Assembly (NCBI GenBank): GCA_964562675.1
Contig: CAZLUG010000002.1
Span: 5,852-69,851 of the forward strand
Direction: 5' to 3'
From: an uncultured Candidatus Saccharibacteria bacterium
GTDB taxonomy: Bacteria; Patescibacteriota; Minisyncoccia; Minisyncoccales; CG1-02-41-26
Length of the DNA stretch: 64,000 nucleotides
In this document: piece after piece, positions 49,504 to 57,838 of the stretch
Position numbering within the stretch: position 1 is the first letter of the stretch
Layout: each line of letters opens with the position of its first letter
The notes under the pieces: generated by a model
What the model was told of the DNA's origin: nothing
Database searches by the model: none
What the model saw: the letters and a program-made list of their open reading frames with translations, nothing else
Made by a program: the position numbers and the translations under genes

Positions 49504-51267
49504 ATGATAAAAACAAAAGACGGGATTGACAATAATCATCCTTGGTTTCAATTTTATCCTAAAGGAAAATCTTTTTCTCTCCATTATCCGGAGGTTCCGC
49601 TATACTCCTTTCTTGACAAAACAGCGGAAAATCAACCGAATAAAACAGCTTTGGTTTTTTACAACCAGAAAATAAGTTACCAACAATTAAAAGAATTAAC
49701 AGACAAATTTGCTAACTTGCTTAAAAATCTATCCATCAAAAAAGGCGACCGCGTCGCCTTTTTGCTTCCAAATTGCCCTCAGTTTGTCATTGCTCTTTAC
49801 GGAACAATCAAAACTGGCGCTATTGCCACTGTTTTGAATCCTCTTTACAGCAAAGAGGAATTGCATTCTTGCTTACAAAATTCAAAACCTAAAATTATTG
49901 TCTCTTTAAAAATGTTCGTTGATAAAATTGCTGATTATCCGGGGAAAATCATTATTACAAAAATTTCTGATTACTTGCCCCAAAAACTTAAAATTCTTTT
50001 CAACATTAAAGAAATCATAAAGTCTCCAAAAGAAGAAAAGAAGAATTTACCCAAGAGAAAAGATGTCTTTTGGCTCCGCAAAGCTTTAAAAAACAGTTCA
50101 GCTAAACTTCAGCCTGTCCAAATTAACGCTCGCCAAGATCCAGCTTTAATAATTTACACTTCCGGCACTACCGGCGTGCCAAAAGGCGCAATCTTAACTC
50201 ATTTTAACTTAGTTTCCAATGCTTTTTCGCTAAACGTTTGGGCTGAAGAAATCAAAACAGACAGTTATTTAGCTGTTTTGCCGCTTTTCCACATTTACGG
50301 TTTAACCGTACAACTATTAACGGCTATTTTAAGAGGGGCTTCGGTGATTCTTTTACCAAAATTTCACACTCGCGAAGTGGTCAAGACTATCCAGAAATAT
50401 AAAATCCAATATTTTGTCGGTGTTCCCCAAATGTACAGCGCTTTAGTGAAATATTCTGCTTCTACTCATCAGCTTCATCTATTTGATTCACTCATCCTTT
50501 GTTCAAGCGGAGCGGCATCTATCTCGGGTTACTTGTGGAACAAAATAAAAGAAATAGCCCCTCGGGCAAAATTAATGGAAGGATATGGACTCTCGGAAAC
50601 ATCACCAGTAGTGCTTATTGATTCTCTCTCGAAAAATTACTTTAAAAAAGAAGGTTCCCCGGGCATCCCAATTTTTGATACGGACGTAAGAATTGTTGAT
50701 ATGGAAACAGGCAGGGAGCTTGCGGCGGGGGAACCAGGAGAAATTGTTGTCAAAGGACCGCAGGTTTTCCAGGGTTACTGGCATAATTTAGAAAAAACAA
50801 AGCAAGTGTTAAAAAATGGTTGGTTTTACACTCATGATATTGGGCATATGGATCCAGACGGCAGATTCTATATCCACGAACGCATTGACGATATCATTAA
50901 TGTCAAAGGTGAAATGGTGTGGCCGGGAAGAGTAGAGCGAATTTTAAAAAAACATCCTAAAATTAAAGAAGCCGCCGTGATTAGCGTAAAAAGCGAGTAT
51001 TACACCCAAGCGATTAAAGCTTATCTTGTACTTAAGAAAAAACAGACTATTAGTAAGGCTGAGGTGACAAATTTTTGCCAAGATAAATTAGCCCGCTATG
51101 AAATTCCTGTTTTTATTGAATGTGTGGAGAAACTGCCTCGAACTTATGTAGGGAAATTGCAACGTTTTAAATTAAGGAAGAAATCCAGGCAAAAGGCTAA
51201 GCCTGTTAAGCATAATTTAAATAAAAAGGCCGAAAACAGTAAAAAAAAGAAAAACATGAAGAAATAA
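49504..51267 (+). CDS. long-chain fatty acid--CoA ligase (ANL adenylate-forming family)
   Basis: YTSGTTGVPKG, LPLFHIYG, EGYGLSE, GEIVVKGPQVF.GYW, GWFYTHDIG, LPRT..GK. Confidence 0.9.
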   Translation: MIKTKDGIDNNHPWFQFYPKGKSFSLHYPEVPLYSFLDKTAENQPNKTALVFYNQKISYQQLKELTDKFANLLKNLSIKKGDRVAFLLPNCPQFVIALYGTIKTGAIATVLNPLYSKEELHSCLQNSKPKIIVSLKMFVDKIADYPGKIIITKISDYLPQKLKILFNIKEIIKSPKEEKKNLPKRKDVFWLRKALKNSSAKLQPVQINARQDPALIIYTSGTTGVPKGAILTHFNLVSNAFSLNVWAEEIKTDSYLAVLPLFHIYGLTVQLLTAILRGASVILLPKFHTREVVKTIQKYKIQYFVGVPQMYSALVKYSASTHQLHLFDSLILCSSGAASISGYLWNKIKEIAPRAKLMEGYGLSETSPVVLIDSLSKNYFKKEGSPGIPIFDTDVRIVDMETGRELAAGEPGEIVVKGPQVFQGYWHNLEKTKQVLKNGWFYTHDIGHMDPDGRFYIHERIDDIINVKGEMVWPGRVERILKKHPKIKEAAVISVKSEYYTQAIKAYLVLKKKQTISKAEVTNFCQDKLARYEIPVFIECVEKLPRTYVGKLQRFKLRKKSRQKAKPVKHNLNKKAENSKKKKNMKK

Positions 51268-51279
51268 ATAAACTATTTT

Positions 51280-51936
51280 ATGTCAGAAAAAACTGTAATA
51301 ATATTTGATCTTGATGGCACGATTGTTAGTAAAAACACCCAGACCAGTTTGTTCATTTATCTTTTCAAAAAAAAGAAAATCTCTTTAAAATTTTTTTCTC
51401 AGGTTATTTTTTGGTCAATTTTGTACAAACTTGGAATAATAAATTTATCAAAAATAATGGGGAAAATTTATCGATTTACTTCAAAACTTGACCCGGATAA
51501 CTTCGAGAGTTTACTCACTGAATTTTATCGAGATATAATCAGAAAACAAATTTACCGTAGGGCTTTGCAATTGATTGAGAAATATGAATCATCCGGCATG
51601 CCAGTTGGTTTAATATCTACTTCCATTCAACCATTAGTAAAAATAGTAGGGGATCAGTTAAAAGTGAATTTTGCAATAGGCACGAAACTTCAGGTAGAAA
51701 ATGGAAAATTTACCGGAAAAATTGCAGGAAAACCAATGTATGGCATAGTAAAACTTGAGACAATGCGAAAATTAGCTCAGGAAAACGGTTGGGATTTAGC
51801 TTCTAGCTATTTTTTTTCAGATAACCATTCTGACAAACCTTCACTTGAAGCAGTAGGCCATCCTCGAGCAATTAACCCTACCCCCAAACTTAGAAAAATG
51901 GCTCGACGCAACCACTGGCTAATTTTATACTGGTAA
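51280..51936 (+). CDS. HAD-IB family hydrolase (SerB-like)
   Basis: FDLDGTI, FTGKI.G, FSD..SD.P.L..VG.P..INP. Confidence 0.9.
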   Translation: MSEKTVIIFDLDGTIVSKNTQTSLFIYLFKKKKISLKFFSQVIFWSILYKLGIINLSKIMGKIYRFTSKLDPDNFESLLTEFYRDIIRKQIYRRALQLIEKYESSGMPVGLISTSIQPLVKIVGDQLKVNFAIGTKLQVENGKFTGKIAGKPMYGIVKLETMRKLAQENGWDLASSYFFSDNHSDKPSLEAVGHPRAINPTPKLRKMARRNHWLILYW

Positions 51937-51943
51937 CAATTAT

Positions 51944-52345
51944 ATGACTTTTTTTCATCAAAAATTTTTCACCCAGACTAAAGGGCAATTTGATTTTATT
52001 GATATCACCGATTTAGCTAAAAGTATTGTAGAAAAATCAGGTGTCAAAAATGGTTTTTTAAATGTCGAAAGCTTACATACTACTTTCGCAATTATTATAA
52101 ATGAGAATGAATCTCGTTTAATTACAGATATAAAAGCAATGCTTAAAAGATTGGTTCCGCAAGATATTCAATATCATCATCCCGATAATGGTTACGCTCA
52201 TTGTCGATCAGCCCTCCTTGGCCCTTCGGAAACTCTTAATGTCTACCAAGGAAAAATCGAATTAGGAAACTGGCAGCGGATATTTGCGGTAGAACTAGAC
52301 AGTTCTCGCCCCCGTGAAATTTCTTTCGCTGTCATTGGAGAATAG
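51944..52345 (+). CDS. yjbQ: YjbQ/UPF0047 family protein
   Basis: HTT.AI.INENE, NG.AH...LLG.S, LG.WQ.IF..ELD..R. Confidence 0.88.
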   Translation: MTFFHQKFFTQTKGQFDFIDITDLAKSIVEKSGVKNGFLNVESLHTTFAIIINENESRLITDIKAMLKRLVPQDIQYHHPDNGYAHCRSALLGPSETLNVYQGKIELGNWQRIFAVELDSSRPREISFAVIGE

Positions 52346-52621
52346 CCAAAAGACAACGAAAAGAAGATTATAATAGGTATACAACGATATCCTCAATCTT
52401 ATAATATTCTGGTAATCATAACCTTATATCATTCCATATATCCTCGATTCTATTAAAATAGGATTTTCATTCTTCTGGGAAGAGAAAAGTAGATTTAGAC
52501 ATCTCTTTCCTCGCTTTAGTAGGATTTAGCGGAGACATTATAATTCTTTTCTTCAACTTATTAATCTTACCCTACGGCAATTATTTTATTGCCTCATACC
52601 ATCTCGTTGTTGCTTATATGA

Positions 52622-53739
52622 TATGCACATGAAGATACATGGGTGACACTCTAAAAATCAAGAAATATGAAGGAACCCATTGATTTAAAGGATGTTACCT
52701 ACTGTGATAGAGTGGAAATTAAGCTAATCTACGAATTGGGTTATCGTTTAATCAATGAAGTGGTTCTGCTCTATCATATGCTCTCATTTTTAAATAAATA
52801 CAATGATTTTTCCAAGGAAGCCAAACCAAAACTAAAATGGATAGACTATTATCATCAATGTGGCAATGTTTCTAAGATCTGTTGATGTTTCGGCATTTCC
52901 CGCCAATGTTTCTATGAATGGTATTGAAAATATGGCCCGAACAACCTTTACGCCCTGGAAAATCGATCTACCACCTCTATCAGGAAAAGACAAAGAGAAA
53001 TTACTCCAGAACAAACATTAAGAGTTATCGGGTTAAGAAAGAAATATATTCGCCACAGCAAGATTAAACTGGCCAGAATCTATCAACGAGAATATGGAGA
53101 AGTTATTTCTTCCTGGAAAGTCCAAAAAGTCATTAAGAAATACAGACTCTACCACAATTCCAAGAAAATCACTAAAATTCCGTATAAACGCTTAATCGCC
53201 ATTCAGAAGAAGAGAATCACCGAACTGAACAAAAAGCCTAAAAATGGATTTTTTCTTTGTTTAGATGCTATTAAATTAAGAATGAACAATCTCAAAATAT
53301 ACATCTTTACCGAAATAGATTCTTTTTTAAGGTGGCTTTCGCCTGAATGTACAAGAATGCTAATCCCTACAACGCAGCTGATTTCCTTAATAGGTTGCTT
53401 TACTTAGTTAACGGAAGAATTGAAAACATTCAAACAGATAACGGAAGTGAAATTGAAAAATACTTTAACCAGGCCTGCCGAAAAATGGGATTAGTTAGAT
53501 ATTACAGCCATCCGAGAACCCCTAAGGATAATCCAGTCAATGAACAATTAAACAAAACCTTAGAAGATGAATTTATCAGTCTTATCAATTTTAATCCTAA
53601 TGTTACGTAATTTAACAAGAACCTGACCGAATGGCTGATTGAATACAATTTTAAAAGGCTCCATCAGGCACTTAACTACGAAACGTCGATAAAATTCAAT
53701 AATTTTATTAAAGTGTCACCTATGTGCTCATCGCACACA
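52622..53739 (+). mobile_element. degenerate IS481-like insertion sequence
   Basis: Imperfect terminal inverted repeats (ACATGGGTGACACT at 52637-52650 vs AGTGTCACCTATGT at 53712-53725), right end TGT; about 1.1 kb. Confidence 0.75.
52667..53739 (+). pseudogene. DDE transposase pseudogene (rve/integrase core)
   Basis: Fragments GNVSKIC*.FGISRQCFYEW (HTH), IQTDNGSE, PRTPKDN..NE.LN.T..DEF, EYN..R.H..L; several in-frame stops and a frameshift. Confidence 0.85.
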
Positions 53740-53744
53740 ATAGA

Positions 53745-53773
53745 TTGACAAAGTCATCCAATTTTGATAAAAT
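53745..53773 (+). promoter_or_regulatory. sigma70-type promoter
   Basis: TTGACA-N17-TAAAAT with TGn extension. Confidence 0.65.
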
Positions 53774-53891
53774 AACTTTAAATATTGAAAAAGTTTCTTA
53801 ACTTTAAAAATTAAATAATGAACGAAGATAAAAAGTCTCTTGGAAAAGAAATTTTGTATTAAAAAAAAGAGACGAAAAGGAGGTGAGAAAT

Positions 53892-54089
53892 ATGTCTAGC
53901 ACAGAAGATTCTTACGAGAAAGGTTATGCAGACGGCAGAAGAGAAGCAGAGCACGAGGTAGAAGATGGATTAAGTGGGACCATTTCTGATGTATTTACAG
54001 GAAAGATCAACTATAATCCTGACGGGTCCACAGCATACGACGAAGGTTTCCAAGATGGACTTGAGGATGGCCGTGGAGATTATGAGTAG
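53892..54089 (+). CDS. small acidic protein with two Y..G(Y/F).DG repeats
   Basis: AAGGAGGTGA directly upstream of ATG 53892; YEKGYADG and YDEGFQDG repeats. Confidence 0.75.
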   Translation: MSSTEDSYEKGYADGRREAEHEVEDGLSGTISDVFTGKINYNPDGSTAYDEGFQDGLEDGRGDYE

Positions 54090-54101
54090 TCATCCATTTT
54101 T

Positions 54102-54126
54102 GAGGGAGAGAATATTACTCTCCCTC
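54102..54126 (+). terminator. hairpin, possible terminator
   Basis: GAGGGAGAG-N7-CTCTCCCTC perfect 9-bp stem; weak U-tract. Confidence 0.5.
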
Positions 54127-54142
54127 TATCATTTTGTATAAT

Positions 54143-54688
54143 ATGGTTATAGAATTTGAATTTTTTCTCATAATAATAATTTTATTTTTATTAATCTTTT
54201 TTTCTCCTACCACGGTAAAAGCAGCTTTTATGGGAGCGCCGTTTGTGCCCACTCCAAAAAAGATAATTCGTAAAGCCTTGAAAACTGCTCATTTGAAAAA
54301 AAACGAGAAATTATATGATTTGGGTTGCGGCACTGGAAGGGTTTTGGTTATTGGAGCAAAGGAATTTGGGGCGAAAGTGACAGGGGTGGAATATTCTATA
54401 CCTCTTTTTGCTTTGGCTAAAATAAATCTGCTCTTGCACAAAATTAAAAATGGAAAAATTTATAGAAAAGATTTCTTTAAAGAAAACATAAAATTAAATA
54501 ACGCTGATGTTGTTTTTTTATTCTTAACCCCAAAAGCTTTTCCTAAGCTGAAAGGTAAATTTGAGAGAGAGTTAAAACCAGGCACTAGAATAATCGCTTA
54601 TTCCTCTCCTCTTTTATTTTGGGAACCAACCGAAACAGTTTTTACTCCAAATCCAAAAATAAAGATATATCTCTATATCAAGAGGTAA
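54143..54688 (+). CDS. membrane-anchored class I SAM-dependent methyltransferase
   Basis: N-terminal TM, GAPFVPTP, YDLGCGTG, GVEYS, ADVVFLFL, LKPGTRI. Confidence 0.88.
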   Translation: MVIEFEFFLIIIILFLLIFFSPTTVKAAFMGAPFVPTPKKIIRKALKTAHLKKNEKLYDLGCGTGRVLVIGAKEFGAKVTGVEYSIPLFALAKINLLLHKIKNGKIYRKDFFKENIKLNNADVVFLFLTPKAFPKLKGKFERELKPGTRIIAYSSPLLFWEPTETVFTPNPKIKIYLYIKR

Positions 54689-55131
54689 ACATAAACATTT
54701 CCCTATAATGCATTTAAACTATTGCTATTTTAAAACACAGTTTTAGATGAAGAGGAAAAATAATCAGATATAAATTATCCGTCGAAAATACTAAAACTAA
54801 AAAATATACAGTTTTCAATGCACTGGTTGGTGAATTCAGCAGCTAAGCCGCAATAGCAATGCAACATACATTATTATCTTTTTGATGAATCATAATTTCT
54901 GTTCTAAGCTACTTGGTCTAACTCAATTAAATTTTGTTTAATTTCACCAGTTGGTTATTAAATCAGTTTTTCTAGAGAGCCGTTTTTGTGTTATAATTAT
55001 TCATTATAGAAGAAACTCTGAAAATTTTATTAATCTAGAGATATTAAGCCTATGGAACCACAGGAAATTTTCGGAGTGAAGTGGATAAAAAAAAGAGATC
55101 TCTTGGAAATTGCTAAGGCTAATTAAAAATA

Positions 55132-56277
55132 ATGGATAGTTTAAGTGTTAATTTATTTACATCATCGTGTTTTATAACTGGTTTCTTGGCAATAGGATTA
55201 GGTGTTTTTGTTCTCTCAAAGGGGTATAGAAAAAAAACGCATCGTGCGTGGTTTTTATTAAGTTTAGCTATATTTATATGGTCAATAGCCCTGGGTGGAA
55301 CGACGATTGCTAAAAACAAGGAAATTGCCTTATTTTGGCAAAGAATATTATATATAGGAACTATTTTATTGCCCGTTTTGTTCCTAGATTTTTGTTCGTT
55401 TTTTACAAAGGTTTCTCATGGCATAAAGCGAATATTATGGATAGGTTCTATTTTAACAGCCATTTTTTTAATTTCTGTCTTCACAAAATTTTTTATAGCA
55501 GGAATAGAACCGAGAACTAGTTTTGGTTACTGGCCTATAAAAACTGGGGTTTTATACCCTTTGTTTTTAGCGTTCTTCGCGTTTTATATTAGTTATTCAT
55601 TTATCCTCTTGAAAAAAGTTTATAATCAATCTTATGGAATTAAAAAGCGGCAAATATCATTTTTATATTATGGAGCTCTTATTGGTTTTATTGGTGGTTC
55701 AACTAATTTTCTATTAGATTTTGATATCAAAAATTTTTACCCTTTTGGAAATTTCTTTATCGCATTATACGTTGTAATCGTAACTTATGCGATGTTCAAA
55801 TATCATTTAATGGAAATTAAACTCATAGCTACTCAATTGTCTGTTGGACTAGTAGCTATTATTCTTTTCGTAGATATTTTATTATCAAACTCACTAATTA
55901 TTTTTTGGCTAAAGATAGGTATATTTTTTGGATTTCTTTACCTTGGCTATTTATTAATTAAAAGCGTTTTAAACGAAACAAACCAAAGACAAAGAATAGC
56001 GAAAATGGCAAAGGAACTAGCGGAAAATAATGATTCTCTCAAAGAACTTAACGGGACACTTGATGAAAAGGTGAAAGAAAGAACGGAAGAGTTGGAAAAA
56101 AGCAGAGCAACACTTGAAAAAACTAATAAGGATTTAGGAAAGAGCACAAAGGAAATAGAAGATAAGGAAAAAGAACTCGAAAAATGGTATAATCTAACTG
56201 TCGGTCGGGAATTAAAAATGATAGAGTTAAAAAAGAAAATTGAGGAATTGAAAGGAAAAGATCAAGTTTACAGATAA
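55132..56277 (+). CDS. 7TM (HisKA_7TM-like) sensor protein with coiled coil and no kinase domain
   Basis: Multiple TM helices, YAM.KYHL..IK motif shared with 57839; ends with coiled coil and GRELKMIELKK; no H/N/G boxes. Confidence 0.8.
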   Translation: MDSLSVNLFTSSCFITGFLAIGLGVFVLSKGYRKKTHRAWFLLSLAIFIWSIALGGTTIAKNKEIALFWQRILYIGTILLPVLFLDFCSFFTKVSHGIKRILWIGSILTAIFLISVFTKFFIAGIEPRTSFGYWPIKTGVLYPLFLAFFAFYISYSFILLKKVYNQSYGIKKRQISFLYYGALIGFIGGSTNFLLDFDIKNFYPFGNFFIALYVVIVTYAMFKYHLMEIKLIATQLSVGLVAIILFVDILLSNSLIIFWLKIGIFFGFLYLGYLLIKSVLNETNQRQRIAKMAKELAENNDSLKELNGTLDEKVKERTEELEKSRATLEKTNKDLGKSTKEIEDKEKELEKWYNLTVGRELKMIELKKKIEELKGKDQVYR

Positions 56278-56280
56278 ATT

Positions 56281-56976
56281 ATGCAGAAATCAAAATTCTG
56301 GGAAAAATACTTTAGGGTTTATGATGTTTTGAATTTCTTTATTCCGTACCAAGAATTATTGGATAAAATCTGTGAGGTTTTAGAAATTCAACCGGGAGAA
56401 AGAGTGCTAGACGCAGGTTGTGGTACAGGAAACTTAGCTATTAAAATGGACAGAAGGGGGGGGCGAGTAATTGGTCTAGATAATTGTGAAGAAGCATTAA
56501 AAACCTTTAGAAAAAAAAATCCTTCTATTAAATTGATATTTGCTGATTTAACACAAAAATTTCCTTTCCCGGATAATTATTTTGACAAAATTGCTTCTAA
56601 TAACGTGCTTTATACTATCCAAAGCGAAAAACTTAAATTAGTTCTAAAGGAGTTATTTCGTGTATTAAAACCGAATGGGAAATTGGCAATATCTAATCCT
56701 AAAAAAAATTGGAGTGCGTTTAAAATTTATAGTTATGGCTTTAAAAAAAGTCTTTCTAAAAATGGTTTCCTTTTGACAACCCATCATGTTTTTAAAACAG
56801 TTGTACCTACACTAAAAATTCTTTATTATAACCATTTAATAAGAAAAATGTGGCATTACCATTTTTTTCAACCGGAAGAGCAAAAACAACTTCTTCTCAA
56901 AATTGGATTTAAAGAGGTATCTAATGATATTTTTTTATATGGCAAACAAGTAATTTTAAATGTAGGTACAAAATAA
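56281..56976 (+). CDS. class I SAM-dependent methyltransferase (UbiE-like)
   Basis: VLDAGCGTG, GLD, FPDNYFD, ELFRVLKPNG. Confidence 0.9.
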   Translation: MQKSKFWEKYFRVYDVLNFFIPYQELLDKICEVLEIQPGERVLDAGCGTGNLAIKMDRRGGRVIGLDNCEEALKTFRKKNPSIKLIFADLTQKFPFPDNYFDKIASNNVLYTIQSEKLKLVLKELFRVLKPNGKLAISNPKKNWSAFKIYSYGFKKSLSKNGFLLTTHHVFKTVVPTLKILYYNHLIRKMWHYHFFQPEEQKQLLLKIGFKEVSNDIFLYGKQVILNVGTK

Positions 56977-57110
56977 AATGTTTTTGTTGTGTCTTTACGA
57001 CAAGAGATTAGAAAACTAACATTCACAGAAAAATCACTTTAGGAAATTACTCAATCCAGAAATGTGCTATGTATACTATCGTCCTAGCAAGAATAAGAAT
57101 TATTTAAATT

Positions 57111-57785
57111 ATGAAATTACTGCTAACAACTAAGATTGACAAAAAAAATGTTTTGAAATTCGGCATTCCAACGAATAAAATAGAAAGAGAGAAAATTTTT
57201 AAATTAAGATATACTGTTTATATCCTAGAAAAAGGTTATCGAGAATCAAAAGCTACTGTTAAGAAACAAGAATATGATAAATATGATCGAAAAGTACGAA
57301 CTCAATACTTTATGGCTTTACTTGGTAAAAAACTGGTGGGGACAATTAGATTAGTAGTGGGAAGACCACTGCCTGTAATGGAAGATTACTTCGAATTTCA
57401 AGAACCCAAAGAAACAAAGAAATTTTCATCTAATCAAATAGCTGAAATAAGCCGGGCAATTTCGCGACCTAGAGGCGCTGCCCTTCCTCGTCACATAGTC
57501 TCCCTCGGGCTATTTTTCTGTCTCTTGCAGTGGAGCTCTAAACATAATATCAAAGTTGAATACGAAGTAGTTAAGAAGGATTTAGCAATAAAATTAAAAA
57601 AAATTAATTTACCCCTTCATAAAATTAAAAATTTTTCTCTAAAAAACACCCCCTTAACTCGTGAATATTCTGGTTATTTTAAAAAAAACACAAATAATCT
57701 TTTCATTTTTTACTTTTTCACCAGAAAAGTACAAAATCAATTAGAGAAAATTCTTTCCAAAATGCAATATCTGAAAATTACTTAG
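57111..57785 (+). CDS. GNAT-fold acyltransferase, LuxI / FeeM (N-acyl amino acid synthase)-like
   Basis: IFKLRYTVY..EKGY...EYDKYD...LVGTIRL...LP...AEISR matches the R..V(F/Y)...E.D.YD...G..RL...E.SR signature. Confidence 0.75.
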   Translation: MKLLLTTKIDKKNVLKFGIPTNKIEREKIFKLRYTVYILEKGYRESKATVKKQEYDKYDRKVRTQYFMALLGKKLVGTIRLVVGRPLPVMEDYFEFQEPKETKKFSSNQIAEISRAISRPRGAALPRHIVSLGLFFCLLQWSSKHNIKVEYEVVKKDLAIKLKKINLPLHKIKNFSLKNTPLTREYSGYFKKNTNNLFIFYFFTRKVQNQLEKILSKMQYLKIT

Positions 57786-57838
57786 ATGTCTAAAAAAATT
57801 TATCCCTTGTAATAAATTTGACTCTTGTTAAAACAACT

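Noticed and set aside
52346-52621. Possible gene remnant between yjbQ and the IS
   Set aside because: No recognisable protein motif or sustained open frame in the frames I read.
52667-53610. TGA readthrough (genetic code 25) restoring the transposase
   Set aside because: TGA terminates fusA, rpsH, infA and rpmJ normally, and the transposase also has a TAA stop and a frameshift.
54690-54990. Possible degraded membrane-protein gene on the minus strand
   Set aside because: Only short hydrophobic stretches interrupted by stops, as expected in AT-rich DNA.
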